DNA of 64,000 bases from Geosiphon pyriformis uo1 (taxonomy: Eukaryota; Fungi; Glomeromycota), in assembly GCA_016748015.1 (NCBI GenBank), contig JAAOMT010000602.1, forward strand, positions 1,563,696 to 1,627,695. Reading direction: 5' to 3'. The position numbers and the translations under genes are program-made. The notes under the pieces are model-generated. The model worked only from the letters and a program-made list of their open reading frames with translations. It had not been told where the DNA came from and searched no databases. Below, piece by piece: positions 26,655 to 39,712 of the stretch. How positions within the stretch are numbered: position 1 is the first letter of the stretch; each line of letters opens with the position of its first letter.

Positions 26655-28478
26655 TTAATTGGATGGATCTGAAATTGTTTCTTCTTTTCCAGATTCAGTT
26701 TCATGATGGGAGGTGATGAACAAACCAATTATGGTAGCAATACAAGAGGAAATCATTGCCATGAAAAAAACTTTTTTCAATGCTTCTGTATAAGCCTCAA
26801 GATCTTTGTCACTCTCACTCTGGGATTTATAAATATTAAATGATTCATTCTCATGCGATATGGCCAATTCTCTTGAATTCATCTCAAAATTGTACACAGC
26901 TCCAGCGATAACAATCCCAAGACAACTGCCTATTGTTCGGAAAAGCACAATTACTGAAGTAATCAATGGAATGTCCTTTGAGTTAATAGCAGCATTATGA
27001 GCTGTTATAAGAGAGGTTTGTAACGAACATCCGAGCCCAGCTCCAGCAAGAAATTGAAATCCGAATATAGCTGCTGTACTTGAATGCTGGTTAAATCTAG
27101 AGAATGAATCGGCTGCAAAGGCAATCATGGCAAACCCAATAGTAGCCATCCAGGGTCGAAAATAACGAGTTCTTGATGTTGTAAATCCTATAAGGGAGAG
27201 AGGAATGTATCCAAGTAATAATGGATAAATCTGTAATCCGGCTCTCACAATACTGTACCCTTTCACAAATTCAAAGTAAATTGGCAAGTAAAATATAAAA
27301 ACAATTAAGTTTAAACCTAATAAAAGGTTGAAGATGAAAATAACGAGATAATTTCGGATTTTAAATAAATGTAAAGGGATAATTGGTTCACTTGCAAAAA
27401 ATGATTCGACCAGAATGAATCCCAAAAGTAAAACTACACCAGTGCAAAATAGCATAATTACAAAAACAGAGTCCCATTCGTATTTATTTCCACCCCAAAT
27501 AAGAGGAAAGACGATCGCTAGTATCCCCAAAAATAATATGGTGATACCCAAAAAATCAATGTTTTTTAATTTACCACTGACCGAATCTTGAATTTTGGAA
27601 AGATACCAAAGAGCAAAGATAAGAGAAGTGGTCAAGCTGCCAATCAAAATGTTTAAATAGAATTCCCATCTCCATGATGTGTATTCGAGAAATATTCCAC
27701 CAATAAATGGTCCAATAACTGTGCCAAGAACATAAACACCTTGAATTATTCCATGATATTTGCCATGAGATTGAACTTGAACAATATCTGATGTGATCAG
27801 TATATACAAAGAAAGGATTCCACCGCTTCCAAATCCAGATATACCACGACTCAAAATTAGCATTATCGTATTCTGTGAAGCGCCACATAAACTGGATCCA
27901 ATTAGAAATATCAACATGGCTAAAAGAAACATATATTTTCGTCCAAGTATAGCTGAAATCTTTCCAAAAAGCGGTTGGGATGCTACTGACATTAGCAAGT
28001 ATATGGTGTTAATCCAGACCAAGTTTGATGATGAATTAGAAAATAAATTTATTTTTGAAATAGAGGTAGCAAGTATTGTTTGATCCAGAGAAACGACAAA
28101 TATTATAAGCGAGAGCGAGCAAAAGACAATGATTCTTGATGAAATTGGCAGTTTTGTTTTAGGGTCAAAATGAAATTCTTCGTATTGGTTTCCTATTTGA
28201 GTATCAGATAAACTTGGCTCCATGACTTCTACCAGTGTTTCTTCTATATCATTACTTAATGTTAAAGTGGGATAATTGGGTTCTTGGGTGATTGTCAAAT
28301 CGTTGTCTGAATCATTCCAACGTTCGTTGTTGTTGATGTTGATCATTGTGAACTGCGATGATAGTCTTGGAATTGTGTGATATTTTCCTTTAGAATGTAA
28401 ATCAGAAGGATCTATATTCGTACTGGAACTCTGAAAATTCTCGCTCTCAATTGATTTTACTAAATTATGAGCTGCCAT
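26655..28478 (-). CDS. MFS transporter, DHA2 (14-TMS drug:H+ antiporter) type, 607 aa, intronless
   Basis: Motif D1 LDQTILATSI, motif A-like FGKISAILGRK, GPFIGG..SWRWEFYLN, EPIIPLHLF, YLPIYFEFVKG; many TM segments. Confidence 0.93.
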   Translation of the reverse strand: MAAHNLVKSIESENFQSSSTNIDPSDLHSKGKYHTIPRLSSQFTMININNNERWNDSDNDLTITQEPNYPTLTLSNDIEETLVEVMEPSLSDTQIGNQYEEFHFDPKTKLPISSRIIVFCSLSLIIFVVSLDQTILATSISKINLFSNSSSNLVWINTIYLLMSVASQPLFGKISAILGRKYMFLLAMLIFLIGSSLCGASQNTIMLILSRGISGFGSGGILSLYILITSDIVQVQSHGKYHGIIQGVYVLGTVIGPFIGGIFLEYTSWRWEFYLNILIGSLTTSLIFALWYLSKIQDSVSGKLKNIDFLGITILFLGILAIVFPLIWGGNKYEWDSVFVIMLFCTGVVLLLGFILVESFFASEPIIPLHLFKIRNYLVIFIFNLLLGLNLIVFIFYLPIYFEFVKGYSIVRAGLQIYPLLLGYIPLSLIGFTTSRTRYFRPWMATIGFAMIAFAADSFSRFNQHSSTAAIFGFQFLAGAGLGCSLQTSLITAHNAAINSKDIPLITSVIVLFRTIGSCLGIVIAGAVYNFEMNSRELAISHENESFNIYKSQSESDKDLEAYTEALKKVFFMAMISSCIATIIGLFITSHHETESGKEETISDPSN

Positions 28479-29099
28479 TTTAGACGTTTAATATTTAAAG
28501 TAAGATTTGAGGTAATTTTTTAGGTTTTAAAACGGAGTTTTTCTCGGTGGTTTATGAGAAGATTTCAAAACTGAGGTCTTCTCAGTGATCTCTCAGGAAA
28601 TTTCCAATGTCTGAAAGTAGAGGAATTTATAATTTTTCAGATATTTATCGATCACATTATTTCAAAAAAATCTTTTCCTTAAATAAAAACGGAAAACACG
28701 AAAGCGGGCCAATTAAAATCTTTTTGAGCTAACAAATACTTATACGAATATATATATTATTCTTATTTAACCGATAAGCTTAAATGTAATAGTTATGTAA
28801 TCTTGTTTAAAAGTTACTTTGAAACTCTTTCAAAATTTTCCCTCAATTTATTTTTCCAAATAATACTTTTTTACTATTTGTTTTTATATTTTTAGAATCT
28901 GCGCACTTTTTCTTGGCAAAAAAGTTTGAAATCGATTTTTCCGATATTTTATTAATTGCTGAAAATGGTTAAAGTCTATAATATTCCCGAAAAATTCTTT
29001 AAATAGTTTAGAAACTTTTATTTATCAGTTTCTCGACAAAGATCTTATATAGCATTTTAGTTTAATTTTAAATTTAGAAAAAATGTATTGATTGAAGAA

Positions 29100-29164
29100 G
29101 CCATGAGAGATTTGAACCTTTGACCTTTCCTATGACTAAGAATATTTATCATTTTTGCTGTGGC
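29100..29164 (-). pseudogene. Degenerate tRNA-like sequence
   Basis: GCCA...TGGC ends, B-box-like GGTTCAAATC, and a possible TTCT/AGGA stem around GTC. Only about 65 nt, with a poor D-arm. Confidence 0.3.
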
Positions 29165-31039
29165 ACAGCACATAAAAAAGATATATTTTTAAGATGTTAT
29201 AAATGTAACAGTCAAATTTCTACCCATATATTATAGGGAGCGGTTAGAAATTATTACCGCCTAATAAAAAATAGCGCTTTGTTTGGTTATTATTTTTTTT
29301 GCGGATTATCATCCTCTGACTTTATTCTTACAATCAATCAAGAGAATTTTTTAACAAGAAAAAAGTTTTTTCAATGTTTTATAATTTAATAAAATAATTG
29401 TTTCCTTTAACGCAAAACAAGCCATTATCTGTTTTTAGTTTCAATTTATTCTATTTTTTTAATGGCCTAACTTTATATTTCAAAATAATTAGAACGGCAT
29501 ACAGTATATTTTTCTTTAAAATAGCCGAAATAAGTCAAAAAAATATATATATATTATTTAATGCGATATATTCGATTTCCTTCACTAAATTTCAAAACTT
29601 ATTATTATTATTATTATTAGAAAATGCAAGTATTAAAAAAAATACAATTTAATACTAAAATTTATATTTCGATAAAAACATATCATCATCAAGTAAACAA
29701 AATCTTGGATTAAATTTTATATATTACAATAATATTTTGTAAACTCAAAACTATTTTTATACATAGTATTTTTTATTTTAAAGCAAACTAGAATGCAAAT
29801 AGGTTTTTTAAAATTACAAAGATTATCGGTGCTTTTCCATTTTTTGGAAAACTTAATAGCGTCTCAAAAAATAGTAGTTCTTTACCTCTTATTTGAGTGT
29901 ACAAAAGCAATAAAATTAACTTTTTAGTAAAATATTAATCTCTAGAAAGTCAATAATTATTTAGTGCCAAGAATAAACCAAAAAAATCTCCGACGAGAAA
30001 TTTTCACTATTATTGTTACTGAATGGCATCAGTGTTAACCAATTGTTTTCTATAGTTGACATCATCGTGTAAATAATGATCATACACGGCATTTGGCACC
30101 CCGAAATCCCAAAATAAAACTTTGTTTCGTGTGAACTTGTAATCATTCATAATAGAAATTTCAGGTCAGATAGCTGTCGTATTTCATAATTTTTCCCTTT
30201 CCCTGAATTTCTGCGCATCGTTAATAAACCTTAGATAAATAAGTCTTACACAAAAAATATCTTCTATCGCTATATAAATCTCCGGTAACTCCTTTTCAAA
30301 ATACGGGTTTTTTATTTAACAATAGCTACCCAATTTATATGGTGCTGTGTCTACTAATTACCAATTTAAATAGTGTTATGGTGTTATCGCTATTCAAATA
30401 GAAATCAAATGATTTACATATATCTTTTCAATTTTTCTAAAGAGATACATTAATATTAGGTATTATAGATTTTAAAAATAGTAATCAAATTATGTCGTTT
30501 TTAGATAGTTTAATTGAGTGAGAAAAATCAGAGATTCTTATTATTTGCATTAGATAAAACTTGTCAAAAATTAAATTATCATTCTATCGTTTTTCATCGT
30601 TTAATAATTTTGGGAACAAAACCAAAGTAGCCGTGTATGCAAAACCTGCACGTTTCTCAAGTACAATATATATACTGTCTCTTATACACATCTCAGGAAT
30701 AAAATATTCCGGGAATAAAGGTATTAAGTCATTCAAATTGCTATTTTAAAAAGTTGTTTTTCATCAATATTATTTTCTATAAAATTTCTTTTTCAGGCAA
30801 TATTTTGAAGAATCTCACATCTGATCCTTTCCACGTGTTGATTATTATTTTTGAGGCAAATGTTTCGTGTGACAAAAAAACTAAAAGATCAATAAAACTT
30901 TTTTCATTTTTTTATCCGATCCGAATCAAAAAAAAAGTTCTAAATGAACCCCTCCCACCAATGTGATAGATTTCATTTCTACTGTTTTCAAAGTGGAAAT
31001 CAATTTGTATAATTCACATTAGAAATGAATTTGTCTGTC

Positions 31040-31630
31040 AAGGAACATAACATGCCAAAGCTATTATATGACTGGAATGAGGGTGAACCCTCCGTCTCAA
31101 AATTAAAGTAAAAGTCACTATACTACCCATCTCAACTTTATGATACAATGTCAAAAAAAAACAAGAAAAATTGAGCACATAGACGGTAATGGTCGTCGCA
31201 AGAAGATTACGGGACATTTATTGAGAAAAGTAGGTCAATATTTTAGTAGAATTCTTCTTTTGCCTCTGCAAAAATACTGCATTAAACTAGATACAGAGGG
31301 AGTATACATTTTATATCGCACAATTGACAGGCATTTGAAATTATTTTCAATACTTACGAAATTTCAAAAGCAGAAACGTATTAAATAGCCCAAGTTTCAT
31401 CTTAATAATGGCTGAAAAAAACTTTATTTTTTGATGAAACAACATTTCAACTGTTCCCAAACACAATTCAACATTGGTACAAGGAAGAAGTAGCGCTTTT
31501 AACAAGATAACGATCCCAAGCATGCCAGTTGAGTAGCTAAGGGATTTCTTGCAAAAAATATATCCCAAAATTAATGACTGGCCGTTCTGCAGTCTAGATC
31601 TAAATCCTATTAAAAATCCGTTGGCCGCCT
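31040..31630 (+). mobile_element. Tc1/mariner transposase remnant, internally deleted
   Basis: IEHIDGNGRRKKIT, LFFDETTFQLFPNTIQHWYK, QDNDPKHAS, and DWPFCSLDLNPIKNPL (= WPSxSPDLNPIENxW). Confidence 0.82.
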
Positions 31631-32672
31631 AAATATTGATGATTCGGAACGATATATAATTTAAGTAACGGCGTTGCGAGTTGATTATCGAGATATATTT
31701 ATTTAAATTGATTGTAGGGCCTGAAATCTCAAAAAAAGAACCCAATTTGAACTTTCAAAAATCAGTATTATAAGGTTGAAAAATGAAAGTGGCAGGTTCG
31801 TCACGTAAATTTTATTCACCAATTTTTCCTTATAAAAAGGAAGAAAAAAAGAAATATTTATTTTCTATTCAAATATATATATATATATACATATATCTTT
31901 TACGAATAAAAGAAATCTAAGTCTATTCTTTTTTCCTTTTTCCTTTTTCCTTCCCTACTTATTTGGACTGAAAAATCCATTCGCGTCTTAATGTATTTTT
32001 CCTTTTTTCAAGATCCACGATAGAGTGAACAGATAAATAATTAGGACATGATTTTTTTTTTAAACTAAAAAAATTTTCAATTAGTAATTAGCACAACTAA
32101 AATCAAAGTTATTTTTGAACTCCAATTCAATTTCAAATTATTATTAAGAATCTTTGAAATCGTTTGATGTTTGACACAAGAAAAACTTTTTTTTATCAAA
32201 CGAAACTTTTTTTTTCTAAATTAGAAAAGATTTCACAAACAATTTAGTGCATTACGAATTTACATATTAGAATTTTTAACTTATTTACATATTAAAATCT
32301 TCCTTAGGGTGGTAATATAATTTAAGAAACGAAATTATTTTTCAAAAAATAGAATGTACGAAAATGGGTGATTGTAATCGAAATTTTTAAAAATCATGCA
32401 AGGAATAGAACGCGAAAACGAAAAAAAAAGAACGTTAGATAGACAGAACAGAACAGAACAGAATAGGAATTAAAAAGGTTAGAATAAAGAAAGGGATTTT
32501 GAATAAAAAAACTTAAAAAACTTTTTAAAGCTTATGGGATATTTACAAGTGGCTTTATATCTTAATTACTTAGATTATCTACAAAGTTCCTATGGTTGAT
32601 ATTAAAAAGGGTGTTTGGAAGGGGCTGAGAACCATGTTTTGACCGATTAAACGGGTATATCTTGGGATTTAA

Positions 32673-32709
<37 letters not shown>

Positions 32710-34380
32710 CACATTGGAATGATTAATGCCCCAATTCCAACCGCACACAAATATTTAAAAATAGCCACGATACATTTAAGTGATTTATTTGTCTCCGTTT
32801 TTCGTGTAGCAAACCCATTGGCTGTTACAGAAATCGTAATAGAAAACTGTTCTTAGGCTTGAGATAAAAAATAAACTAATTAATTTACTGAAATTGACAG
32901 TTAAAAAATTTATTAAGATTGCAGCTAACTGATTTTGGAGTTATTGGTTATAGTAAAAATGATTTTTGAAAGAACAATTAATTGCTTTAAATTGTGTTTA
33001 TAAAAAATAGGAATTTATTAATTTGTATTATAACTAATTTTATGCTATAAATTATTTTAACTAAAATACATTTTTCAAAAAAAGAAGCTTTTATTTTATA
33101 TATATTTAAATGATACTATTTCAAGCTCTAGCACTATTTTTTTTGTTAATATTTCGGTTACTAAAGGTTGAATATATATTTCAATAAACTACGAAATATT
33201 TCAGTAAACTATTGAATATTTTAGCAAATTTCTGAATATTTCAGCAAATTTTTGAATTAAATAGTTTGGAATGTTGTTTACCTTTAGTTATGCTTGAATA
33301 TTATACAAATTAGATGATCAATTAAATAATAAAATATTAGTAATTTGGTTAAGTAATAATTGAATAATTAATAATAAAGATAATTCATATTAATTTTGGT
33401 TTAAATTTCAACTAATAAGAACTTTAATAATAATTAAAAAATTTTACAAATTTATAATAACATAAAACTAGTTCAAAAAAAAAATTACAATTTGTGAATT
33501 GTTTAAACTTTAGTACTTTTTTATTTTAACAAATCAAAAATGATTTGATCTTTTATAATGAAATAATCTAAAAAAAAGATTTGATTAGATTAATTTAAAG
33601 ATTATTCTTAAATTTTAATTATTTAAATTATCAAAACCAACCAGCCTTTAGTAAGATCAATCAAAAAAATTTTAAGAATAAATAATATAATTTTAATTTT
33701 CGTAGAATCTAACAATACTAATTTCGAGAAATTTTCTTTCAGTAATTAAATATTTATAATTTTTATTATAGTATGATTTTATTTTCTAAAAAATAAATGA
33801 TATTATCTACAAAAATAAATTAATATATGAATAAAAATAATTTTTTATGTTTATTTTTTAATGATTGATTTTTTCTGTCAGAGTTTTGAAATTCTAAACT
33901 AGTTGTAAAAAGTTGTAGCTTTTTAAAATAAAAAAAACAGTTCCAATGACCACTTTTAATTCAGAGCAACTCAAGTGGTTTTTTTAAAAAAATTAATAAC
34001 AGAAAACTTATTAATTTCAATGTGGGTCAATCAAATATGGTTTGGTTTTATTTGAAAAAGTGAATATTAATGTTCTGTTGTAATTTATTGTATTGAAAAT
34101 AAATATATATTCTGCTTCAAACAATAATATTTCCAGTTAAATTTTAATTAATAAAAATCTCAATGCTCAAAATTTGTTGGCTACTTAGCTGGCTGAATCA
34201 AAAAGTTAAATACAATTTGAGAATTTTGCTTTGAATAATTATTACTATCATCTTCAGAAGTTTTGGCCATTGTCACGGTCATCGTTATATTTGGGTTTGG
34301 GTGAATTGTTTGCCCTTACTCTTTTTTCGCTAAGTGTCATCAAAAACAAGAAACAGGGTCCTATGCCAATTTAATCAAGA

Positions 34381-34739
34381 TTAAAGACCCATAATTATCA
34401 TACCTCCATCTTCCTTTTTTCTAATTTTGAGCAATAATATTGGGCATGACACCAACCTGGGCAATCGTTACATTCCCAAACAATTGATCTAATTCTTCGT
34501 AGCTAATTGTAAATGCCGTGGAATGATCCGACCTTTTTTATTATAATTTGCAATCCGATCTGCATATCGGGCTTTACGCAACTGGAAAAATGAGGTCAAT
34601 GATTAGATGCCTTAAAGCAAAATCATCATTTCCCAATAAATAATACGTTGAATGAACGTGATACTGCAGTAGATTTGCGTCAAATCTAGTTAAATTCAAG
34701 GCTAACGCACTTTTTACCTTTACTCTTTCCTGTAGACAT
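34381..34739 (-). pseudogene. Histone H2A-like pseudogene with multiple deletions
   Basis: MSTGKSKGKK.., AVSRSFN, intron, DLIFPV / RKARYADRI / [14 protein letters not shown] / EELDQLFGNVTIAQVGVMPNI in shifting frames. The 3' flank matches that of the 55.6-kb copy. Confidence 0.85.
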
Positions 34740-35798
34740 TTATTTTTTTTTTAAAAGTTTTGTTCAAGAAAAACTTTGGTTTAAAATTCTAGTTAAGCAT
34801 AAAATTCGATTCCTATTTTTTTGGAGCCTAAATGATGGTCCTCCACAGACTTCTTACAAGTTATGAAACGGTTTAATCGTCATATTATATATCTTTATTA
34901 TTCCTCAATCACTTCCCGAAATAATGATTATTATAGGATCGAATCCTTAAAGATTCCCAATTTCAAGAATGAGACAGAAAGAATTATGTTAGTATGAGAC
35001 TTTTGATACTAATTTCAAGGTCATTTATCAAAAAACTTGGTCATTTAAAATTTCTTATCACATTAACATGTTACACTACTTTTCAATCAACAAAGGTTTA
35101 TTATGAGGAATTCTAAAAGCTCGAGAATATTTAAAGATTTTAAATTAACCATCTAGCTTAGACTTATCTTTTTAATGCTGACACATTTTAATCTTTGTTG
35201 GAAAAGTCAAAGTTACTGTGAGAAACTTGAACTACTATCATTTTGAAAGAAAGGTTTGGAGTTATTTCGCTAAATTTCGAGGGCTTCATATAAGGCAATA
35301 TTATCTATTCAGAAAGTAACATGATATTAAAGAGATTGAATACTGAAATTCAAAAGGGCAGTTTTTTATAATTATCAGAGGATATTTAATACTCTTTCCA
35401 AGTTTCTGTGCTGTGACATGAATTATTATCTAGAGAAAATTTTTATCCTAATTTGCTTTTTAATCTTTTGATGTAACTTTTTCGTTAAGATATCAACACA
35501 ATATGTGGAAGTCTGATTTATTTTTAAGCTTTGACACAAAGTTAAATTGTTAGGACAAACATGGACTTATGAGTTTTGATTGATTGATTGATAGATTGAT
35601 CACAATTCACATTAATGAAAGGTATAAAGTAGGTTACGAGGGGATAATATTTCGTATCGATATAAAATTTTCAATGCAATTTTGTTTTCAAAAATCCAGG
35701 CATTCTCTAATAGGCCTAACAATAGATCGCTCTACTTGAAACTTTTTGTTTCCACTATCACAAAAGAGATATCAAATTTGCTACCGATATATTAAATA

Positions 35799-36471
35799 AT
35801 GTCGAATAGCACGGATAAAATTGTAGAGACAGTAAAAGGTGTGGGTCTTGGAAAAGGAAAAAATTTATTGGCTGTGTCAGGGGGAAAGCGTATTGTGGTT
35901 TCTCGTTCAACCAAGGTATTTCTTAAACAAAAGGGGTGATAAAATGAAAAACTCTTATTTAAAATGGTAATCCTTCATTGTTCATAAGGCCGACCTAATA
36001 TTTCCAGTCGGTAGGATCGGACGTCATCTACGTAAAGGTCGATACGCTGATCGAATTGGTAGCGCGGCTCCAGTTTATATGGCCGCTGTTATTGAATATC
36101 TCACCGCCGAAATCCTTGAACTGGCCGGTAACGCAGCAATTGATCACAATAAAGTTCGAATTATCCCACGACACTTACAATTGGCCATCAAAAATGATGA
36201 AGAGTTAAACAAATTGCTTGGAAACGTCACAATCGCTCAGGGAGGTGTTTTACCTCACATTCATAAAGAGTTGTTGCCGCAAAAGTCGAGGTCGGGAGAT
36301 GGCGGTAAAAACGATTCTGGCTATTTAAATTTTTTTTTCCGAATTTCCAAATATACTTTTGGTTGTTAAAAATATTCGTTTTTCTTACTAGTCGGAAAGG
36401 GAGGTTCACGCAAGAAAAATCTTGACAGTAGCGACGACGATCAATCTCCGGACAATGTGGAAGATTGCTAA
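35799..36471 (+). CDS. H2A: Divergent histone H2A variant, about 170 aa (exons 35799-35915, 35989-36304, probable 36392-36471)
   Basis: SRSTK|[86 protein letters not shown] introns keep the frame; the third exon is predicted. Confidence 0.9.
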
Positions 36472-37174
36472 AAACGTTTTTGAATATCCAAAATATATAA
36501 AACACAGTAAATATTTTTGTTTCTCCTCAAATTTTAATACATTCCCAAAGCTATTTAATCTTTTTAGAGTATTGTTAGGTTTACGAAAATTAAACTTACT
36601 ATTATTAATCTTTAGTGCTTTATAGAGTTAATTTTTAATTTTTTCAAACTGGGGATTGTGGTTTCTTGAAAACCAAGATCATTTGAATCCCAAGTTTTTT
36701 TATTTTCTTCCTCGAAAATTAAGATCCAATCGTCTTCATTAAAAGAATGTAGTTCAACAAACTTCAATTGATAATAGACATGTTAAACTGGGGACAGTTT
36801 TTTTTATGTATAGCGAGTACTAACAAGAAAGCCTTGTTAATAATATTTTTTATTTGAAATTCAAAATTTCATGTGTTATTGCTAATAGCTAGTAAAACTC
36901 AAATAAGTCAAATATTTTTTAAAAAGACTATGCTCATATTAGTATAGGTTCGTCTTTAATCTGTATGACTCTCAAAGAATTTTTATGAAGAAATTAATTG
37001 ATAGTAAAGTAATTCTGATAATAAATTTATTAATCCGGGAAAGGGATAATTTTTAGCCTTACAAACAGAACAATGATCAATCTCCTGAACCTATTCCGAT
37101 AATTTGCTGAAAGAATTAGGGCAATAAACTTTTTAAAACAATTCAGGAGTTTTATTTTACAAGGATTTGTATAA

Positions 37175-37184
37175 GCAATAATAA

Positions 37185-37223
<39 letters not shown>

Positions 37224-37231
37224 GCATAATC

Positions 37232-37271
<40 letters not shown>
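37175..37271. repeat. Interrupted (ATA)n microsatellite
   Basis: Visible run. Confidence 0.9.
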
Positions 37272-37273
<2 letters not shown>

Positions 37274-38924
37274 TTTCAATCGATTTTAAAGTTTTTAAAA
37301 AAAAGAAAAAGGTTTTAAAGACTACTGGTTAATTAATATAACATTTAAAATAGTATTAATTGATACATTGGTGGAATTTAATTCTGAATAAAGTACCATT
37401 AAGTTTCATGTCATTTGAAGCCAAAATAAAGTGAAAAAGGTTGAAGGGGGAATACTTTCTGTAAAAGATGTTGAAATTCATTAATTAATTACTTAGAGCA
37501 TGTAACCCTTTCATCATAGATTTCGTATCACCAGGATTTGAAATTTGTTTAAAGAATGATAAGGCTCAGAGTTAAAAAATTTAAATATTGAATGAATATA
37601 TATTTAGAAAGAAAGAGGATCAACGTTTCTCCAAAAATATTGTTGAAATTAATTTTAAAAACTTAAACGAATTGATGCTTTGGACTTTAATTTTTACCAA
37701 ATAACTTAATTTTGTGAGCATATTTAAATACTTATTTTTAGAACATAATCATTTTCACGACAATATTCATGGGGGGGGGGAGGAGGGGGGGTTTACGATA
37801 TAACCATAATTTAAAAGATTTTTTTAGATATTTCTTTCATACACTCGGAGAATAAAGTCTGAAAAGAAGTATGATAACCACATAATTATTGAAGTGAAAA
37901 GTTGATCCTTCGTTGCTATATAAAATTTCTAATTTTGTATTATAAAATAAAAAAGAAGATAATTTTTTTTCTCATTATCACATATGAATTCGATGACAAT
38001 TTTTTAAGGTTACGCGACTTGTGATACAATACCTAATAGAGTATTTTATTCTATTAAGTATTAACTAAATTTGATTTGAAATTAATTGTTTAAATTATGC
38101 ATTTTTAAAATTTTCAAGAGAAAATTGTGCCAATATAATGATTACTGAAATTATAACTAATATTGTACTAGAAAATTTGCTAAAAAGTCATAATGTGGCC
38201 GCCATTTAAATAGCTAGGCTCATATCGCCATATTTCAAAATTAATCGAAATAGAAACGTATGACTAATTTTAAATATTCCTCTAACTATCCCCAGTATGT
38301 GAGCGTGTGAAAAACTCGTAAAATATACAAAGAATTGTCTAGATAATTTTCGGCTAGCGTTTAAAACAGAATATTTTTACGCCGAGATTAACCGAGTCTT
38401 TTCCAGTTGTACGCTATCTTTTAACGTCTTTAGTGATGTAAAGTGAACAATTTAAAAAAGAATTAATTAATTAATTAATTTTGTAAAGAAAAAGGTTCCT
38501 TTTTTATTTGCAGATTTAGTTTCCTAACTATAATATAACAGGTAATAGGAAAATTAAATGAAAAGAGCTTTGATGTTACATCGGTTACTAACAGTTAAAA
38601 TGCTCGTTTTTGAAAAAATTGATTGAAATCTATCAGGAATGAAAAAATTGTGAAAGGTAAAGAAAATGAATTATAAATTGAATGAGGTAAATAATGAAAT
38701 GAATTTGACTAGCCTTCAGTGTACCAAAATTTTTACTAAAGTTTCTATACAAACAAAAAGGGATTTGCAGTTTATAATGGATGAATTTGAAAGAGAATAA
38801 GTGAATAAAATTATACATTTTTGATATATCCCTATAAAACCTCGGCTCAAATATTTACAGTCCCAAATATGAGATATCTTATCATCATCATCATTCTTCT
38901 CCATCTAGAAATGTTAAACTACAT

Positions 38925-39212
38925 TTATCCTCTAACTTTCAATCCACCCATTCTCTTCTTGATCCTTCCCAGAAAACTTCTTGTGCCAGCCGTTTCATCA
39001 GAATTTCGTAATTGGCTCTTCATCACGTGATTACGTGATATTGGAGATGGCATTTGAAGTAACGCTTCCAACAAGATTTGACTTTCGTCTACAGTCCAAG
39101 AACGATTATATGACGCGTTAGAGGCGATTCCGGACGAGCGAGAAGATAAGATATCGCTAGAGTGTTTGGAAGATGATTTTGATGGTGAGACGACTGAAAA
39201 TCTGTTTAATTG
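38925..39212 (-). CDS. Candidate terminal exon or small ORF (Ser-rich, then SWTVDESQILLEALLQ, basic C-terminus), not in the ORF track
   Basis: About 95 open codons with raised GC, ending ..GRIKKRMGGLKVRG*. Possible acceptors (AAACAG, AATAG) at the 5' end; start unresolved. Confidence 0.4.
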   Translation of the reverse strand, partial: QLNRFSVVSPSKSSSKHSSDILSSRSSGIASNASYNRSWTVDESQILLEALLQMPSPISRNHVMKSQLRNSDETAGTRSFLGRIKKRMGGLKVRG

Positions 39213-39623
39213 CTATTTGACCAAAAAACGTTGAGTGGAACAGTTTTTATTAGTATTTGTATTATCGTTTGTTTGATATTGGTTGATATCAGAAATAGTT
39301 AAAAAACAATAGAAAATGATTTGGCTTTCAAATATCATACCGAAAACGTAGCAAAAGAATCCATTAAGAAAATAATAATTGTGAAGATAACTAGTTTTTT
39401 GTTTATAAACTCTTGAAAACAAGGTCTAAATATAATAAAACTCGTTGTTTTAAACTTAAGCAATATTTAAAAAATCCTTATTCGTTTTTTTAACAAACTA
39501 TCGTTTTAATATTTCAAAAGCAGGAGAATACAAAATTAAAATCAAAAGAGCAGCAACTTGACAAGGTACAAAAAAATTCACAAGTTATAAAGTTTTTCTT
39601 TTAAAAATAATTAAATAGGAGCT

Positions 39624-39712
39624 GATGATGATGATGATGATGATGATGAGGATGATGATGATGATGCCTGGTCAATTTCCCAAGTCTTTGTTGTTGTTGT
39701 TGTTGTTGTTGT
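39624..39712. repeat. (GAT)n and (TTG)n microsatellites
   Basis: Visible runs. Confidence 0.85.

Noticed and set aside
32534-32856. Poly-N/poly-L ORFs and a 21-aa ORF after a TATA-like region
   Set aside because: Driven by a (TTA)n microsatellite; no supporting homology.
37771-37791. G-rich run, potential G-quadruplex
   Set aside because: Isolated homopolymer with no functional context.
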